Origin: Callorhinchus milii
Lineage: Eukaryota
DNA: 64,000 bases
NCBI RefSeq assembly: GCF_018977255.1
Contig: NW_024704743.1
Span: forward strand, 95,854,001-95,918,000
Direction: 5' to 3'
Shown here piece by piece: positions 63,961 through 64,000 of this stretch (position 1 is the stretch's first letter; every line of letters starts with the position of its first letter). The notes under the pieces are model-generated. The model was not told the DNA's origin. It did not search any database and saw only the letters and a program-made list of their open reading frames with translations. The position numbers and the translations under genes were made by a program.

Positions 63961-64000
63961 CTATTGTGTATAATGGCATAAATCACTCCAGGGCTAGGAG

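Overview
Vertebrate (non-bacterial) genomic DNA, most likely a cartilaginous fish; the repeat content suggests a chimaera/Callorhinchus-like genome (inference). Three minus-strand genes lie in the order known from human 8q22: the 5' half of CDH17 (6 coding exons, 839-11473, gene continues off the left edge), a complete GEM (4 coding exons, 289 aa, plus non-coding exon 1 and promoter near 43.1-43.4 kb), and the last 5 coding exons and poly(A) site of RAD54B (48.5-60.2 kb). All exons were read by hand, have GT/AG boundaries and join in phase. Introns and intergenic DNA are dense in tRNA-headed DeuSINE-type SINEs, 5'-truncated L2 and CR1 LINEs, and Penelope-like element (PLE) remnants. Most notable: minimal hammerhead-ribozyme motifs in the PLE pseudo-LTRs, a U2 snRNA 5' fragment fused to repeat-like sequence, a co-varying 3' stem-loop shared by L2 and SINE families, a palindromic element whose loop expanded into a 25-bp minisatellite, several short locally templated insertions, and a second VRSKSCxD motif in the GEM N-terminus. 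Repeat boundaries are approximate.
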